From assembly GCA_052386995.1 (NCBI GenBank), contig JBQTJP010000110.1:50730-114729 (forward strand): DNA of 64,000 nucleotides, read 5' to 3'. Both the position numbers and the translations under genes were made by a program. Under the pieces are notes generated by a model. The model saw only the letters and a list, made by a program, of their open reading frames with translations, had not been told where the DNA came from and made no database searches. The first letter of the stretch is position 1. The number at the start of each line of letters is the position of its first letter. This stretch comes from Armatimonadota bacterium (lineage in GTDB: Bacteria; Sysuimicrobiota; Sysuimicrobiia; Sysuimicrobiales; Humicultoraceae). This document shows, one piece after another, positions 18,103 through 27,491 of this stretch.

Positions 18103-18319
18103 GATCTTCCCTCCCCTCTTGAACCACTGGCCGTTCTTCCGCTGCCCGTCCGTCAAGGACGAGATATTCCACCACCTCGCTCGTGATCGGATCGGTCCCC
18201 ATGAAGAGACCGACGATCAGCCAGTCTTGGCCCCTATAGGCCAGGACATCGCCAATAGAGGGCGGCCGGTTCGGGCGGCCAAGACAATCACAAGCACGAA
18301 CAGTAATTTGGGAGGTCAC
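18086..18319 (-). CDS. Small hypothetical protein (77 aa), first gene of the EPS operon
   Basis: GGGGAG RBS before GTG; directly after the predicted promoter; beta-rich-looking core 'PSIGDVLAYRGQDWLIVG'. Confidence 0.55.
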   Translation of the reverse strand: MTSQITVRACDCLGRPNRPPSIGDVLAYRGQDWLIVGLFMGTDPITSEVVEYLVLDGRAAEERPVVQEGREDRARVV

Positions 18320-18334
18320 CTAATCTCCCCCCTG

Positions 18335-18407
18335 CGGCACATGCTCCCAAGATGACTCTAGCGTAGCCTCCGGCACATGAGGCGACAATTCCCTGCAAGT
18401 GGGAATT
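18335..18407 (-). promoter_or_regulatory. Predicted sigma70-type promoter of the EPS operon with operator-like repeats
   Basis: Minus strand TTGTCG-N17-TACGCT (18388..18360); inverted repeat AATTCCC-N7-GGGAATT 18387-18407; direct repeat CGGCACATG at 18335 and 18371. Confidence 0.5.
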
Positions 18408-18774
18408 AAGCACAAATTCGGGATGCTCCCGCGCTCCCCCTCTTGGGGGATGCGATTGAAGCGTACGGGGGACTCAGGGGGTATCCAGCGGACAGAGAGC
18501 GTGGAGGGGAGCCGAATCCGGCCCAAACCTCGGCAGAATCTACCAGGAAGACGCCTCGGAATTCCCGCGGGGCGGAGCGAAACTCGTCGTGGGGAGCCGT
18601 CGGCCGGCTCTGAGGGCGCCGAGCCCTGGAGAATTCCAGGTCTGGCGGGACTCGACATACTAGGCTCTAGATAGGGGGACGTGGAATAGCCGTCGTAGGG
18701 CGCGCGGTTGTGAATATCGCGATCAATCGGCCCGGGCGAATGGTCCCAGACGGCCGTACATCGTAGGAGGAGAA

Positions 18775-19698
18775 TTGCGTCGGAACGTTGTCATCCTGGG
18801 CGGGGGGCCGGCAGGCCTGACCGCGGCCATTTACGCCGCCCGCGCCAACCTGGCCCCCGTCGTCATCGAGGGCGCCGAGGCCGGCGGCCAGCTTATGCTG
18901 ACGACGCTGGTCGAGAACTACCCAGGGTTTGAAGACGCCATCATGGGGCCCGCACTCATGCTGGCCATGCGGAAACAGGCCGAGCGCATCGGGGTGGAGT
19001 TCATCACCGAAGACGCTACGGAGATCGCGCTGGGTCAGTGGCCGTTCGCAGTTGCCACGCAATCCGGCCGACGCGTCGACGCGCGGGCCCTGATTGTGGC
19101 CACCGGGGCTTCGCCAAGACTCTTGGGTGTGCCGGGCGAGGCGCGCCTGATGGGTCGCGGGGTCTCCACGTGCGCCACGTGCGATGGCTTCTTCTTCCGA
19201 AAGAAGGATGTGGTGGTGGTCGGGGGCGGGGATTCGGCCCTGGAAGAGGCGCTTTATCTGGGCAACCTGGCCAAGTCGGTGACCGTCGTCCACCGACGCG
19301 ATGCGCTGCGGGCCAGCAAGATCATGCAGAATCGCGCGTTCGCCCACCCGGCGATCGGCTTTGTGTGGAACTCGGTCGTCGAGGACATCCTGGGCGACGG
19401 GGTCGTTCACGGCGTTCTGCTGCGCGACCTGAAAACCGAGGAGCGTGCCGAGCGCACGACCGACGGCGTCTTCGTGGCCATCGGGCATATCCCGAACACC
19501 GCGCTCTTTCGGGGTCAGCTGGAACTCGACGGGCTCGGGTACATCAAGGTCCGTGATGGGTCATTGACAAGCGTAGAGGGTGTCTTCGCCGCCGGAGACG
19601 CCCACGATCATACGTACCGCCAGGCCGTTACCGCCGCCGGGTATGGATGCATGGCGGCGATCGACGCGGAGCGCTGGCTCCAGGGGCAACCCGCCTAG
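18775..19698 (+). CDS. trxB: Thioredoxin reductase
   Basis: GGGPAG, CATCDG, GGGDSA, HRRD, FAAGD; TTG start with AGGAGG RBS. Confidence 0.97.
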   Translation: MRRNVVILGGGPAGLTAAIYAARANLAPVVIEGAEAGGQLMLTTLVENYPGFEDAIMGPALMLAMRKQAERIGVEFITEDATEIALGQWPFAVATQSGRRVDARALIVATGASPRLLGVPGEARLMGRGVSTCATCDGFFFRKKDVVVVGGGDSALEEALYLGNLAKSVTVVHRRDALRASKIMQNRAFAHPAIGFVWNSVVEDILGDGVVHGVLLRDLKTEERAERTTDGVFVAIGHIPNTALFRGQLELDGLGYIKVRDGSLTSVEGVFAAGDAHDHTYRQAVTAAGYGCMAAIDAERWLQGQPA

Positions 19699-20045
19699 GT
19701 CGCAGCGCTACTGGACTGGGCTTGCAGCGCGCCTTCTAGACGGCGCTTGAGCTCCTGCTTGGGCATGAAGCCGACGATCCGTTCGACCAGCTCTCCACCC
19801 TTGAACACGCCGAGCGTCGGGATGCTCATGATGCTGTAACGCATGGCCAGGCTCGAATTGTCATCCACGTCGATCTTGACGACCTTCACCCGTCCCGCGT
19901 ACTCCACGGCCAACTCTTCGACGATCGGCGCCACCATCCGGCATGGCCCGCACCATTCAGCCCAGAAGTCAACGAGCACGGGTAATTCCGCCTTGGTGAC
20001 CTCCTGCTCGAATGTGTTCACCGTCACTGCCAAGAGCGTTGCCAT
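19695..20045 (-). CDS. trxA: Thioredoxin
   Basis: DFWAEWCGPC, SIPTL; ATG at 20045 with GAGGAGG RBS. Confidence 0.97.
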   Translation of the reverse strand: MATLLAVTVNTFEQEVTKAELPVLVDFWAEWCGPCRMVAPIVEELAVEYAGRVKVVKIDVDDNSSLAMRYSIMSIPTLGVFKGGELVERIVGFMPKQELKRRLEGALQAQSSSAAT

Positions 20046-20141
20046 CCCAATCCTCCTCACATGATTCGGCAGGCGGCCGCCCGATACGCGACAACCGCTC
20101 CCCACGGTAGGGTATTCCCCCTGGCGGGTCAATCGGACGTC

Positions 20142-20663
20142 TCAGGCAACCGCCAGCGCGATGACCAGCAGCAGGAGGAGGGCGGCGCTGCCAAAGCATC
20201 CCAGGCGGCGGCGCCCCTCGCCCGTTGCGGAGCGGAGCGCTCCACGCGCCGACAGCCTGGTGGCCTTGCGAAGCGAGGCGATCGCCTCGCTCGTCCTACC
20301 CAACTGCTTGTAGAGCCCGCCCAGATTCTGGTGAGCCACCCAGTAGTCGGGATCCGCGGCTACCGCCCTCTCGTACGCCTCCAGCGCCCGCTCGATGCGC
20401 CCCGTTTCTCTGTACACGTTCCCCAAGTTGCTCCAGGCGGGAGCGTATCGCGGGCTGACTTCAACCGCCCGCGCGAACGCTCCCTCGGCCTCGTCCAGCC
20501 GCCGCTGATGAGCCAGGGCCACCCCGAGCTTGCTGAATGCGACCGCCGAGGTGGGGTCGATCTCGGCCGCGCGTCGAAACGCGGCCTCGGCTGCGGGCCA
20601 CTCTCCCGCGTCGAGATGCTTCTCTCCTTCGGCCAGCTGAGGTGCGGCCGGTGCATGCGCCAT
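20142..20663 (-). CDS. TPR-repeat protein with C-terminal hydrophobic anchor
   Basis: About four TPR repeats (AWSNLGNVY, AHQNLGGLY); C-terminal LLLLLVIALAVA. Confidence 0.85.
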   Translation of the reverse strand: MAHAPAAPQLAEGEKHLDAGEWPAAEAAFRRAAEIDPTSAVAFSKLGVALAHQRRLDEAEGAFARAVEVSPRYAPAWSNLGNVYRETGRIERALEAYERAVAADPDYWVAHQNLGGLYKQLGRTSEAIASLRKATRLSARGALRSATGEGRRRLGCFGSAALLLLLVIALAVA

Positions 20664-20709
20664 TTGGGGTCAGAAGAGGTTTCTTCGGCGGCGACGTGTT
20701 GCCCTTCGG

Positions 20710-21156
20710 CTACGCGGCCTCCGTCCGGCGGGCGGCCGCCCACAGGGGAAGATCGGCGTAGCGCGGACGCGGCCTCACGGCGACGGAGGCCGCCCTGGCC
20801 GCGCGCGCCATCGAAGAAGGTGGCAGGTGGCGTATCCTGGCCTGGTGGAACACGTTGAGCAGTGCCCGCACCTGCAGGTAGGGCCCGATGACGTCCGCCG
20901 ACGGCTGTTCGGTCCCTTCGACCTGTGCAACGACCTCCGGAGCATCGAGGGCCAGGTCCACCAGCTTTGCGCCGGCGCGCCTGGCCTCCCAGAGCCCGAG
21001 GACCAACGCACGGTAACCGGCCGGCGTCGAGTCGTGCGGCTCTAAACATCGCACGATGGTCTTCGACTCGTCCTCGCCGTCCCAGCGCAAGACCGCGGCC
21101 ACAGCCCGGCGTCCGTTCCAGTCGGCGGAAGCCGCGGCCACGTGCAGCGTCCTCAT
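20710..21156 (-). CDS. RNase HI-like (RVT_3-type) fold protein, catalytic residues degenerate
   Basis: 'GYRALVLGLWEARRAGAKLVDLALDAPEVVAQVEG' parallels 'EYxALIxGLxxA...DSxLVVxQxxG' of the RNase HI/RVT_3 family. Confidence 0.65.
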   Translation of the reverse strand: MRTLHVAAASADWNGRRAVAAVLRWDGEDESKTIVRCLEPHDSTPAGYRALVLGLWEARRAGAKLVDLALDAPEVVAQVEGTEQPSADVIGPYLQVRALLNVFHQARIRHLPPSSMARAARAASVAVRPRPRYADLPLWAAARRTEAA

Positions 21157-21362
21157 GGCCAGGGTACCTCGAGGGCCGCGGCGACCACCGCGGTGACGAG
21201 AAGAAGAACGATCTTGGCCCTGATCGCCCGCCGGTCATCGGCGAGCAACGCGCAGATTTGTATCCCCATTTCTGCGGGTGACCGTGTGGCCATCGGACCC
21301 AGCCGGCCGGCTGCGCAGCGCCGATAAGCGGTGTGGACGGTGAACGGTTCGGTTCGGATCAT
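21153..21362 (-). CDS. Small membrane protein (up to 69 aa) in the lexA operon
   Basis: ATGA overlaps with both the lexA stop and the downstream gene start; C-terminal TM IVLLLVTAVVAAAL. Confidence 0.55.
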   Translation of the reverse strand: MIRTEPFTVHTAYRRCAAGRLGPMATRSPAEMGIQICALLADDRRAIRAKIVLLLVTAVVAAALEVPWP

Positions 21363-21985
21363 GACACACCGAGAGGGTAGCGTCGCAGCAATCCCACGAC
21401 TTTCCCCAGGATCTCAAACTCGCCGGTGATCGGCCCGTACGCGGGGCTCTCCGCACGGAGAACCGGGCAATCCTCAGACATGTCGAGGCGCTTCACGGTC
21501 GCCTCGTCGCCAAGCAGCGCAACGACCAGTTCGCCGGGCGCAGCGGTGGGCTGACAGCGGACGATGACGAGGTCCCCGTCAAAGATTCCTGCGCCGACCA
21601 TGCTGTCCCCCCGAACCGTCAGCAAGAAGCACTCCTCACTCCAGCCGACAAAACGCCGCGGGATTGGAATCATCTCTTCAACGTGTTCCTGGGCTAACAC
21701 GGGCACTCCCGCGGACACGCGCCCCACCAGGGGCAGTGAGACGATCTCTGTACCCTCATGGAATATATCCCGCCCGGTGATCTCCAAAACCCGCATCCTG
21801 TCGCCATCCCGACGCAGGTACCCCTTGCGCGCCAGAGCCGTGAGGTGCTGGTGGACAGTCGACGGAGATCGCATGCCCAAGGCGTGCCCTATCTCCCGGA
21901 CAGACGGAACGATGCCAGAGCGCCGAATGCTGGAAGCGATGTGCTGCAGGATCTCTTGCTGGCGATCAGTCAGCGGCTGAGCCAT
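21359..21985 (-). CDS. lexA: SOS repressor LexA
   Basis: LTDRQQEIL, PSVREIG wHTH, VSAGVP cleavage site, GDSM Ser, TVKR Lys. Confidence 0.96.
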   Translation of the reverse strand: MAQPLTDRQQEILQHIASSIRRSGIVPSVREIGHALGMRSPSTVHQHLTALARKGYLRRDGDRMRVLEITGRDIFHEGTEIVSLPLVGRVSAGVPVLAQEHVEEMIPIPRRFVGWSEECFLLTVRGDSMVGAGIFDGDLVIVRCQPTAAPGELVVALLGDEATVKRLDMSEDCPVLRAESPAYGPITGEFEILGKVVGLLRRYPLGVS

Positions 21986-22005
21986 CGGTTCACCCCTCAG
22001 ACGCT

Positions 22006-22035
22006 ATAATAGCGAACATATGTACGTCATGGCAA
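22006..22035 (-). promoter_or_regulatory. lexA promoter with SOS box in the spacer
   Basis: Minus strand TTGCCA-N18-TATTAT; CGAACATATGTACG at 22013-22026, one mismatch to the Cheo box CGAAC-N4-GTTCG. Confidence 0.85.
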
Positions 22036-22040
22036 GGTTA

Positions 22041-22070
22041 TTGTATACGAACATATGTACGCTATAAGGT
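22041..22070 (+). promoter_or_regulatory. Second identical SOS box within a possible divergent promoter
   Basis: CGAACATATGTACG at 22048-22061, flanked by TTGTAT (22041) and TATAAG/TAAGGT (22063-22070). Confidence 0.7.
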
Positions 22071-22152
22071 GCCTGTACGACGGTACGCGTGATCTCGGGC
22101 CCGGACGCCTGTTTTCGCGCCCGCACGGGGCCGCGCGGCGTGTCTTGGGGGT

Positions 22153-23100
22153 TCAGCGGGTCTGCGACAGAAGTGCCGCGAGAAGACTCGGGTCGAGGTT
22201 GCCGCCGCTGATAACCGCGAGAGCAGGGCGTTGGAGGACGAGGCCGCCCAGGAGCGCCGCTACCGCGATCGCCCCGGATGGCTCGACCACCAGGTGGGCC
22301 TCGACACACAGGCGACGAACGGCATCGAGGATCCACTCATCATCCACGCTCACGAACGCGTCGACGTATTGGGACGTAGCGTCCCATGTCAGCAGACCAG
22401 GCTGCTGCCCCCTGAGGCCGTCGGCGATGGTCGCGACCGACGGGACGGTCACCCGTGTGCCCGCCGCACGCGAGGCCGCGAAGCGGGCCACGGATTGCGG
22501 CTCGGCCCCGATGACCTGGATCGACGGCCTTAGCGCCTTGATCGCGAGCGCGATCCCGGAGATCAATCCACCTCCCCCGGTCGGCACAACGACGGCGGAG
22601 ACCTCCGGGCACTGATCGAGGATTTCCAATCCGCAGGTGCCCTGGCCTGCGATCACCAGGGGATCATCGAATGACGGGACCAGGTGCAGCCCGCGCTCTT
22701 TCGCAAGCCGCGCGGCCAGGGCTGAGCGCTCCGGCATTGTCGTGCCGCACCGGATCATCTCCGCGCCGTAGCGAGCGATCCCCGCCTGCTTCAACTGCGT
22801 CACCGTCTCCGGGACCACGATGACGGCCGGCACGCCCACGCGCGAGGCCATGTAGGCTACGGCCTGCCCGTGATTCCCTGACGATGCCGCAACGACGCCT
22901 TTGATCCCCGCGCCCATCGCCCGGAGATGATTGGAGGCACCACGCACCTTGAACGACCCGGTGGGCTGAAGGCTCTCGAGCTTCAGCCACAGGTCCGAGG
23001 CCTGATCCCAGGGGTGGATTGGAGTGCGCCGGACATCAGACGCGACGCGCGCCGCCGCAGCTCTAACCTCTGCAATCGTCGGAAGGATCCCGGCGCTCAC
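22153..23100 (-). CDS. PLP-dependent threonine/serine dehydratase family protein
   Basis: [43 protein letters not shown] start overlaps the gcvPB stop. Confidence 0.92.
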   Translation of the reverse strand: MSAGILPTIAEVRAAAARVASDVRRTPIHPWDQASDLWLKLESLQPTGSFKVRGASNHLRAMGAGIKGVVAASSGNHGQAVAYMASRVGVPAVIVVPETVTQLKQAGIARYGAEMIRCGTTMPERSALAARLAKERGLHLVPSFDDPLVIAGQGTCGLEILDQCPEVSAVVVPTGGGGLISGIALAIKALRPSIQVIGAEPQSVARFAASRAAGTRVTVPSVATIADGLRGQQPGLLTWDATSQYVDAFVSVDDEWILDAVRRLCVEAHLVVEPSGAIAVAALLGGLVLQRPALAVISGGNLDPSLLAALLSQTR

Positions 23101-24575
23101 CCGCCGCGCCCGGGTGATCCGGGCGGCCGCCAGCGCAGATCTGGGCGCCGCGCGGCCGCGACCTCGTCGAGCCTGCTGACAACCGTTCGATGGGGGGCCG
23201 TGCGCACGGTCTCGGGATCTGAGGCGCACTCTTCGGCCACACGCATCATCGCGTCCGCAAACGCGTCGAGCGTCTGCCGGCTTTCGGTCTCTGTCGGCTC
23301 GATCATGATCGCCTCATCGACGATGAGCGGGAAGTAGATCGTCGGCGCGTGGAACCCGTAGTCCAGCAGGCGCTTGGCGATGTCCAGCGTCCGCACGCCG
23401 TGCCGTGTCTTCTGCCGCCGGCCCGACAGCACGAACTCGTGCATACACACCCGGTCGTAGGGGAGATCGAAGTACGGGCGGAGGCGCGCCAGCAGGTAGT
23501 TTGCGTTGAGCACCGCCGCCTCGGAGACCTGGCGCAGCAGCGGTCCGTAGGCTCGCAGATACGCGTACGCGCGCACGAGCACGCCGAAGTTGCCCGCAAA
23601 CGCGCGCACGCGCCCGATGCTCTTCGGCCGATCGTGATCGAGACGGAATCCTTCGCCATCGCGTTCGACGATGGGGACCGGCAGGTACGGCTCCAGCCGC
23701 CGCTTGACGGCGACCGGTCCGGCCCCGGGGCCACCGCCGCCGTGCGGAGTGCTGAACGTCTTGTGCACATTCATGTGCATGACGTCGAATCCCTGATCGC
23801 CGGGCCGTGTGACGCCGAGCACCGCGTTGAAATTTGCGCCGTCGAGGTAGAGCAGCGCCCCACACCCATGGACGATCTCCGCCACTTCGGTGATACCTTC
23901 CTCGAACAGGCCAAGCGTGTTGGGATTGGTGAGCATCAAGGCCGCGACCGACTCATCGGCCGCGCGGCGGAGCGCGGCGTGATCGATATTCCCCCGCGCG
24001 TCGCTGGGAACCGTCACCACCGTATAGCCGCACATCGCGGCGGAGGCCGGGTTGGTCCCGTGCGCCGAGTCGGGCACGATGACGCGTGTGCGGCGCTCGC
24101 CGCGGTCGTCGTGAAACGCCCGAATCATCATCAACGCCGTCAGCTCGCCGTGCGCGCCGGCGGCGGGCTGGAAGGTCACGCGGTCCATGCCACTGATCTC
24201 GCAGAGCATCTGCTCGAGATGCCACAGGAGCTCCAGCGCCCCCTGCGCCTGGGCGTCCGGCGTGTTCGGGTGCAGGCGCGCGAATCCCGGCAGCCGCGCC
24301 GCGTCTTCGTTGACCTTCGGATTGTATTTCATCGTGCACGAACCCAGGGGATAGAATCCCGTGTCGATCGCGTAGTTGCGGTGCGACAGGCGCGTGTAGT
24401 GCCGGACGAGATCGGGTTCGCTCACCTCTGGTAGGGCCGCCGGATCGCGACGCAGGTGGTCGGCGCCGACGATGTCCTCCAGCGGCACTTCGGGAACACC
24501 GGCATCGGGCAGCGAGGCGGCAATGCGCCCGGAGACGCTGTGCTCGAAGATCAGAGGAAAGTTGGGGCCGGTCAC
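23097..24575 (-). CDS. gcvPB: Glycine dehydrogenase subunit 2
   Basis: [37 protein letters not shown]. Confidence 0.97.
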   Translation of the reverse strand: MTGPNFPLIFEHSVSGRIAASLPDAGVPEVPLEDIVGADHLRRDPAALPEVSEPDLVRHYTRLSHRNYAIDTGFYPLGSCTMKYNPKVNEDAARLPGFARLHPNTPDAQAQGALELLWHLEQMLCEISGMDRVTFQPAAGAHGELTALMMIRAFHDDRGERRTRVIVPDSAHGTNPASAAMCGYTVVTVPSDARGNIDHAALRRAADESVAALMLTNPNTLGLFEEGITEVAEIVHGCGALLYLDGANFNAVLGVTRPGDQGFDVMHMNVHKTFSTPHGGGGPGAGPVAVKRRLEPYLPVPIVERDGEGFRLDHDRPKSIGRVRAFAGNFGVLVRAYAYLRAYGPLLRQVSEAAVLNANYLLARLRPYFDLPYDRVCMHEFVLSGRRQKTRHGVRTLDIAKRLLDYGFHAPTIYFPLIVDEAIMIEPTETESRQTLDAFADAMMRVAEECASDPETVRTAPHRTVVSRLDEVAAARRPDLRWRPPGSPGRGG

Positions 24576-25969
24576 TGCCGCGTGACCCGCACGACCGACC
24601 CGATCACGGCGGTAACGGCGTCCACCAGGGCGTCGATCTGCGCGGGGGTGCGCGCTTCCGTGACGCAGACCAGCCAGCCGTCACTCAAATTTGGATACCA
24701 CCGGTGAAGCGCGAGCCCGCCGAGAATGCCGTGGTCGAGAAGACGCGCGTTCAACTCGTCGGGAGGCATCGGCACCCGCAGAACGAACTCGTTGAAGATC
24801 GGCCCATCAAAGGCGGCGCGAATCCCCGGCACGGCGCAGAGTCGTTGCCGCGCATAGTGCGCGCGGCGTGCGTTCACTTCCGCGACCCGACGCATACCCG
24901 TACGCCCCAGCGCCGCCATGTAGACGGACGCGGCCAGCGCGTTGAGCGCCTCATTGGTACAGATGTTGCTGGTCGCCTTCTCCCGCCGGATGTGTTGCTC
25001 GCGCGTCTGCAGGGTTAACACAAAGCCGCGCCGTCCATCGCGATCGGTCGTCACGCCAACTAGCCGTCCCGGCATGCGGCGAACGAACGCCTCGCGCGTA
25101 GCCAGCATTCCGAGGTAGGGGCCACCGAAGTTGAGATAGTTGCCCAGGGGCTGGCCTTCGCCGGCGATGATGTCGGCGCCGTAGGCGCCCGGCGGCTTCA
25201 GCAGCCCGAGACTGATAGGATCGGCGATCCCCACGACCAGCAGCGCGCCGGCGTCGTGCGCCGCCTCCGCGAGGGCCGGCCCGTCTTCTATGCAGCCGAA
25301 GACCGTGGGCGACTGCACCATCACCGCCGCGGTGTTGGGCCCAAGCGTTGTGCGGAGCCCGTCGAGCGGAGTGCGGCCGTCCCGATGCGGGACTTCGATG
25401 ACGCGCACCCCTAGATGCCGCGTGTAGGTCCGCAGCACCTCGCGGTAGTGTGGGTGGACGGCGGTCGACACCACGACCTCGTCGCGCCTGGTGAGATCGC
25501 GGGCCATGACCGCGGCCTCACCGAAGGCGCTCGCACCGTCATACATGGAGGCGTTCGCCACATCCATGGCCGTGAGCTCGCACAGCATGGACTGGTACTC
25601 GTAGGCGGCCTGGAGCTCGCCCTGCATGATCTCGGCCTGGTACGGCGTGTACGCCGTGTAGAACTCCGCGCGCCCGGCCAGGTGCCAGACGACGCTGGGA
25701 ATGTGATGGTCGTAGGCGCCGGCCCCAAGAAAACTCACGAGCCGGTCGGCATGCCCGTTGCGCTCGGAGAGCGCGCGGAGGTGCGCCAGCAGATCAGCGT
25801 CGGTGAGCGCCGGCGGCAGCGCGAGCGGCCGCCGCAGGCGCACGGCGGCCGGGATCTCAGCCAGCAGGTCTTCGACCGACGACCGCCCGATGGCCCGCAG
25901 CATCTCGTCGCGCTCGGCAGCCGTGAGCGGCAGATACTTGTGCGGGTGCCAGGTGGACGACGAACTCAT
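24572..25969 (-). CDS. gcvPA: Glycine dehydrogenase subunit 1
   Basis: [39 protein letters not shown] at 25969 overlaps the gcvH stop. Confidence 0.97.
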   Translation of the reverse strand: MSSSSTWHPHKYLPLTAAERDEMLRAIGRSSVEDLLAEIPAAVRLRRPLALPPALTDADLLAHLRALSERNGHADRLVSFLGAGAYDHHIPSVVWHLAGRAEFYTAYTPYQAEIMQGELQAAYEYQSMLCELTAMDVANASMYDGASAFGEAAVMARDLTRRDEVVVSTAVHPHYREVLRTYTRHLGVRVIEVPHRDGRTPLDGLRTTLGPNTAAVMVQSPTVFGCIEDGPALAEAAHDAGALLVVGIADPISLGLLKPPGAYGADIIAGEGQPLGNYLNFGGPYLGMLATREAFVRRMPGRLVGVTTDRDGRRGFVLTLQTREQHIRREKATSNICTNEALNALAASVYMAALGRTGMRRVAEVNARRAHYARQRLCAVPGIRAAFDGPIFNEFVLRVPMPPDELNARLLDHGILGGLALHRWYPNLSDGWLVCVTEARTPAQIDALVDAVTAVIGSVVRVTRQ

Positions 25970-26355
25970 GCGCCCGCGGCTCCCACGAGTTTGACATACG
26001 CGTCGGCCGAGAGGAGTTGATCCCACTCCGAGGCATGCGCCGCGGGCTCGACGACGATCATCCAGGCGGCGCCGTGGGGATCCTGATTGATGAGCTCGGG
26101 ATTGTCGGACAGCGCCGTATTCGCATCGACCACTCGACCGGAGACCGGCGCGAACAGGTCGTTGGCGGCTTTGACCGACTCAATCACGCCGAATGGCTGC
26201 ATCGCGCGCACCTCGGCCCCCACTTGGGGAAGCTCGATGAAGACGACGTCGCTCAGCCGGTCGGCGGCGAACTTTGTGATGCCGATGCGAATCCGGCCAT
26301 CCTCCTTCTTGGCCCATTCGTGCTCCTGCGTATACCGGCGGTCGTCTGGATACAT
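25966..26355 (-). CDS. gcvH: Glycine cleavage system H protein
   Basis: YTQEHEW, IESVKAA lipoyl-Lys motif. Confidence 0.97.
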   Translation of the reverse strand: MYPDDRRYTQEHEWAKKEDGRIRIGITKFAADRLSDVVFIELPQVGAEVRAMQPFGVIESVKAANDLFAPVSGRVVDANTALSDNPELINQDPHGAAWMIVVEPAAHASEWDQLLSADAYVKLVGAAGA

Positions 26356-26358
26356 GCG

Positions 26359-27480
26359 TCACCTCGCCGAGCCGCTGGCTCGCGGGCGTTTGTAGAACGG
26401 CAGCCGAACCACGCGCGCCTGCGCGATCTTGCCGCGGACCTCTATGCCGAGATCGGCTCCCACCGATGAAAACGCCAGGGGCACGTAGCCCAACCCCAAC
26501 GGCCGTCGCAGGAACGGTGCAAATGTTCCGCTGGTCACCTCGCCGAGTCTCTGGCCGTCGGCGGAGATCGTATAGTGCTGCCGGGGAATCGCCTGTCCGG
26601 TCGACTCGAACCCAACCAGACGCCGCGTCACGCCCTCGGTGCGCTGCCGCTGCAACACCTCGCGCCCGATGAACGGCCCCTTGTCCAACTTCACCGTCCA
26701 GCCGAGCGGGGCCTCCAGGGGTGAGGTCGTCTCGTCGATATCCTGGCCGTACAGCATCAGCCCGGCCTCCAGCCGCAGCGTGTCCCTGGCGCCCAGACCG
26801 GCGGGCTGCAACCCAACCGGCGTGCCCGCGTCGATGAGCGCGGCCCAGACTGCGGGCGCGTCATCCCACGGGCACGCAATCTCGAAGCCATCTTCTCCCG
26901 TATACCCGGAACGCATGATCGTCAACGGTATCCCGCGAAGCGCCACATCGTCGCGCAGGTGAAACGGAGGCAACCGCGACAAGTCCACATCGGCCGCGGC
27001 CGACAGCACCGCCTCCGCGCGCGGCCCCTGCAGCGCCAGCAACGCCGTTTCATCGGAGGCGTCCCTCACCGCGGTGCCCCCGGCATGCTCCTGTATCCAC
27101 GCCAGGACCTTCGCACGCGTGGAGGCATTGACGACCGAGAGGTAGGCGCGCTCAGCGGTCCGGAAGACGGTCACATCATCGATGATCCCGCCCTCGGGCG
27201 TGCACATCGGCGTGTACAGCCCCCGTCCAACGGTGAGGCGCGCGGCGTCGTTGGCGATCACGCGCTGCACGAGCTCGAGCGCTCCGGTACCCTCGATCCG
27301 AATCTCGCCCATGTGCGAGACGTCGAAGACGCCCGCCCGCGTGCGCACGGCCATGTGCTCCTCGCCGACACCGGCATACTGCACCGGCATCTCCCAGCCC
27401 GCGAACGGCACCATGCGGGCGCCGGCGGCGACATGGGCTGCGTAGAGCGCCGTGCGTCGAAGCGAAGCGTCCGTTGACAC
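26359..27480 (-). CDS. gcvT: Glycine cleavage system T protein
   Basis: FAGWEMPVQY, FDVSHMG, GYTGEDGFE, GLGARDTLRLEAG. Confidence 0.97.
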   Translation of the reverse strand: MSTDASLRRTALYAAHVAAGARMVPFAGWEMPVQYAGVGEEHMAVRTRAGVFDVSHMGEIRIEGTGALELVQRVIANDAARLTVGRGLYTPMCTPEGGIIDDVTVFRTAERAYLSVVNASTRAKVLAWIQEHAGGTAVRDASDETALLALQGPRAEAVLSAAADVDLSRLPPFHLRDDVALRGIPLTIMRSGYTGEDGFEIACPWDDAPAVWAALIDAGTPVGLQPAGLGARDTLRLEAGLMLYGQDIDETTSPLEAPLGWTVKLDKGPFIGREVLQRQRTEGVTRRLVGFESTGQAIPRQHYTISADGQRLGEVTSGTFAPFLRRPLGLGYVPLAFSSVGADLGIEVRGKIAQARVVRLPFYKRPRASGSAR

Positions 27481-27491
27481 GTGTCCCGCAC

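Noticed and set aside
22013..22061. 14-bp direct repeats 35 bp apart as a possible mini-CRISPR or att site
   Set aside because: Too short for CRISPR, no cas or integrase gene, and fully explained as LexA boxes.
22055..22615. 186-aa plus-strand ORF after the second SOS box
   Set aside because: Its ATG lies inside the SOS box, upstream of the predicted -10, and the ORF is antisense to the dehydratase gene.
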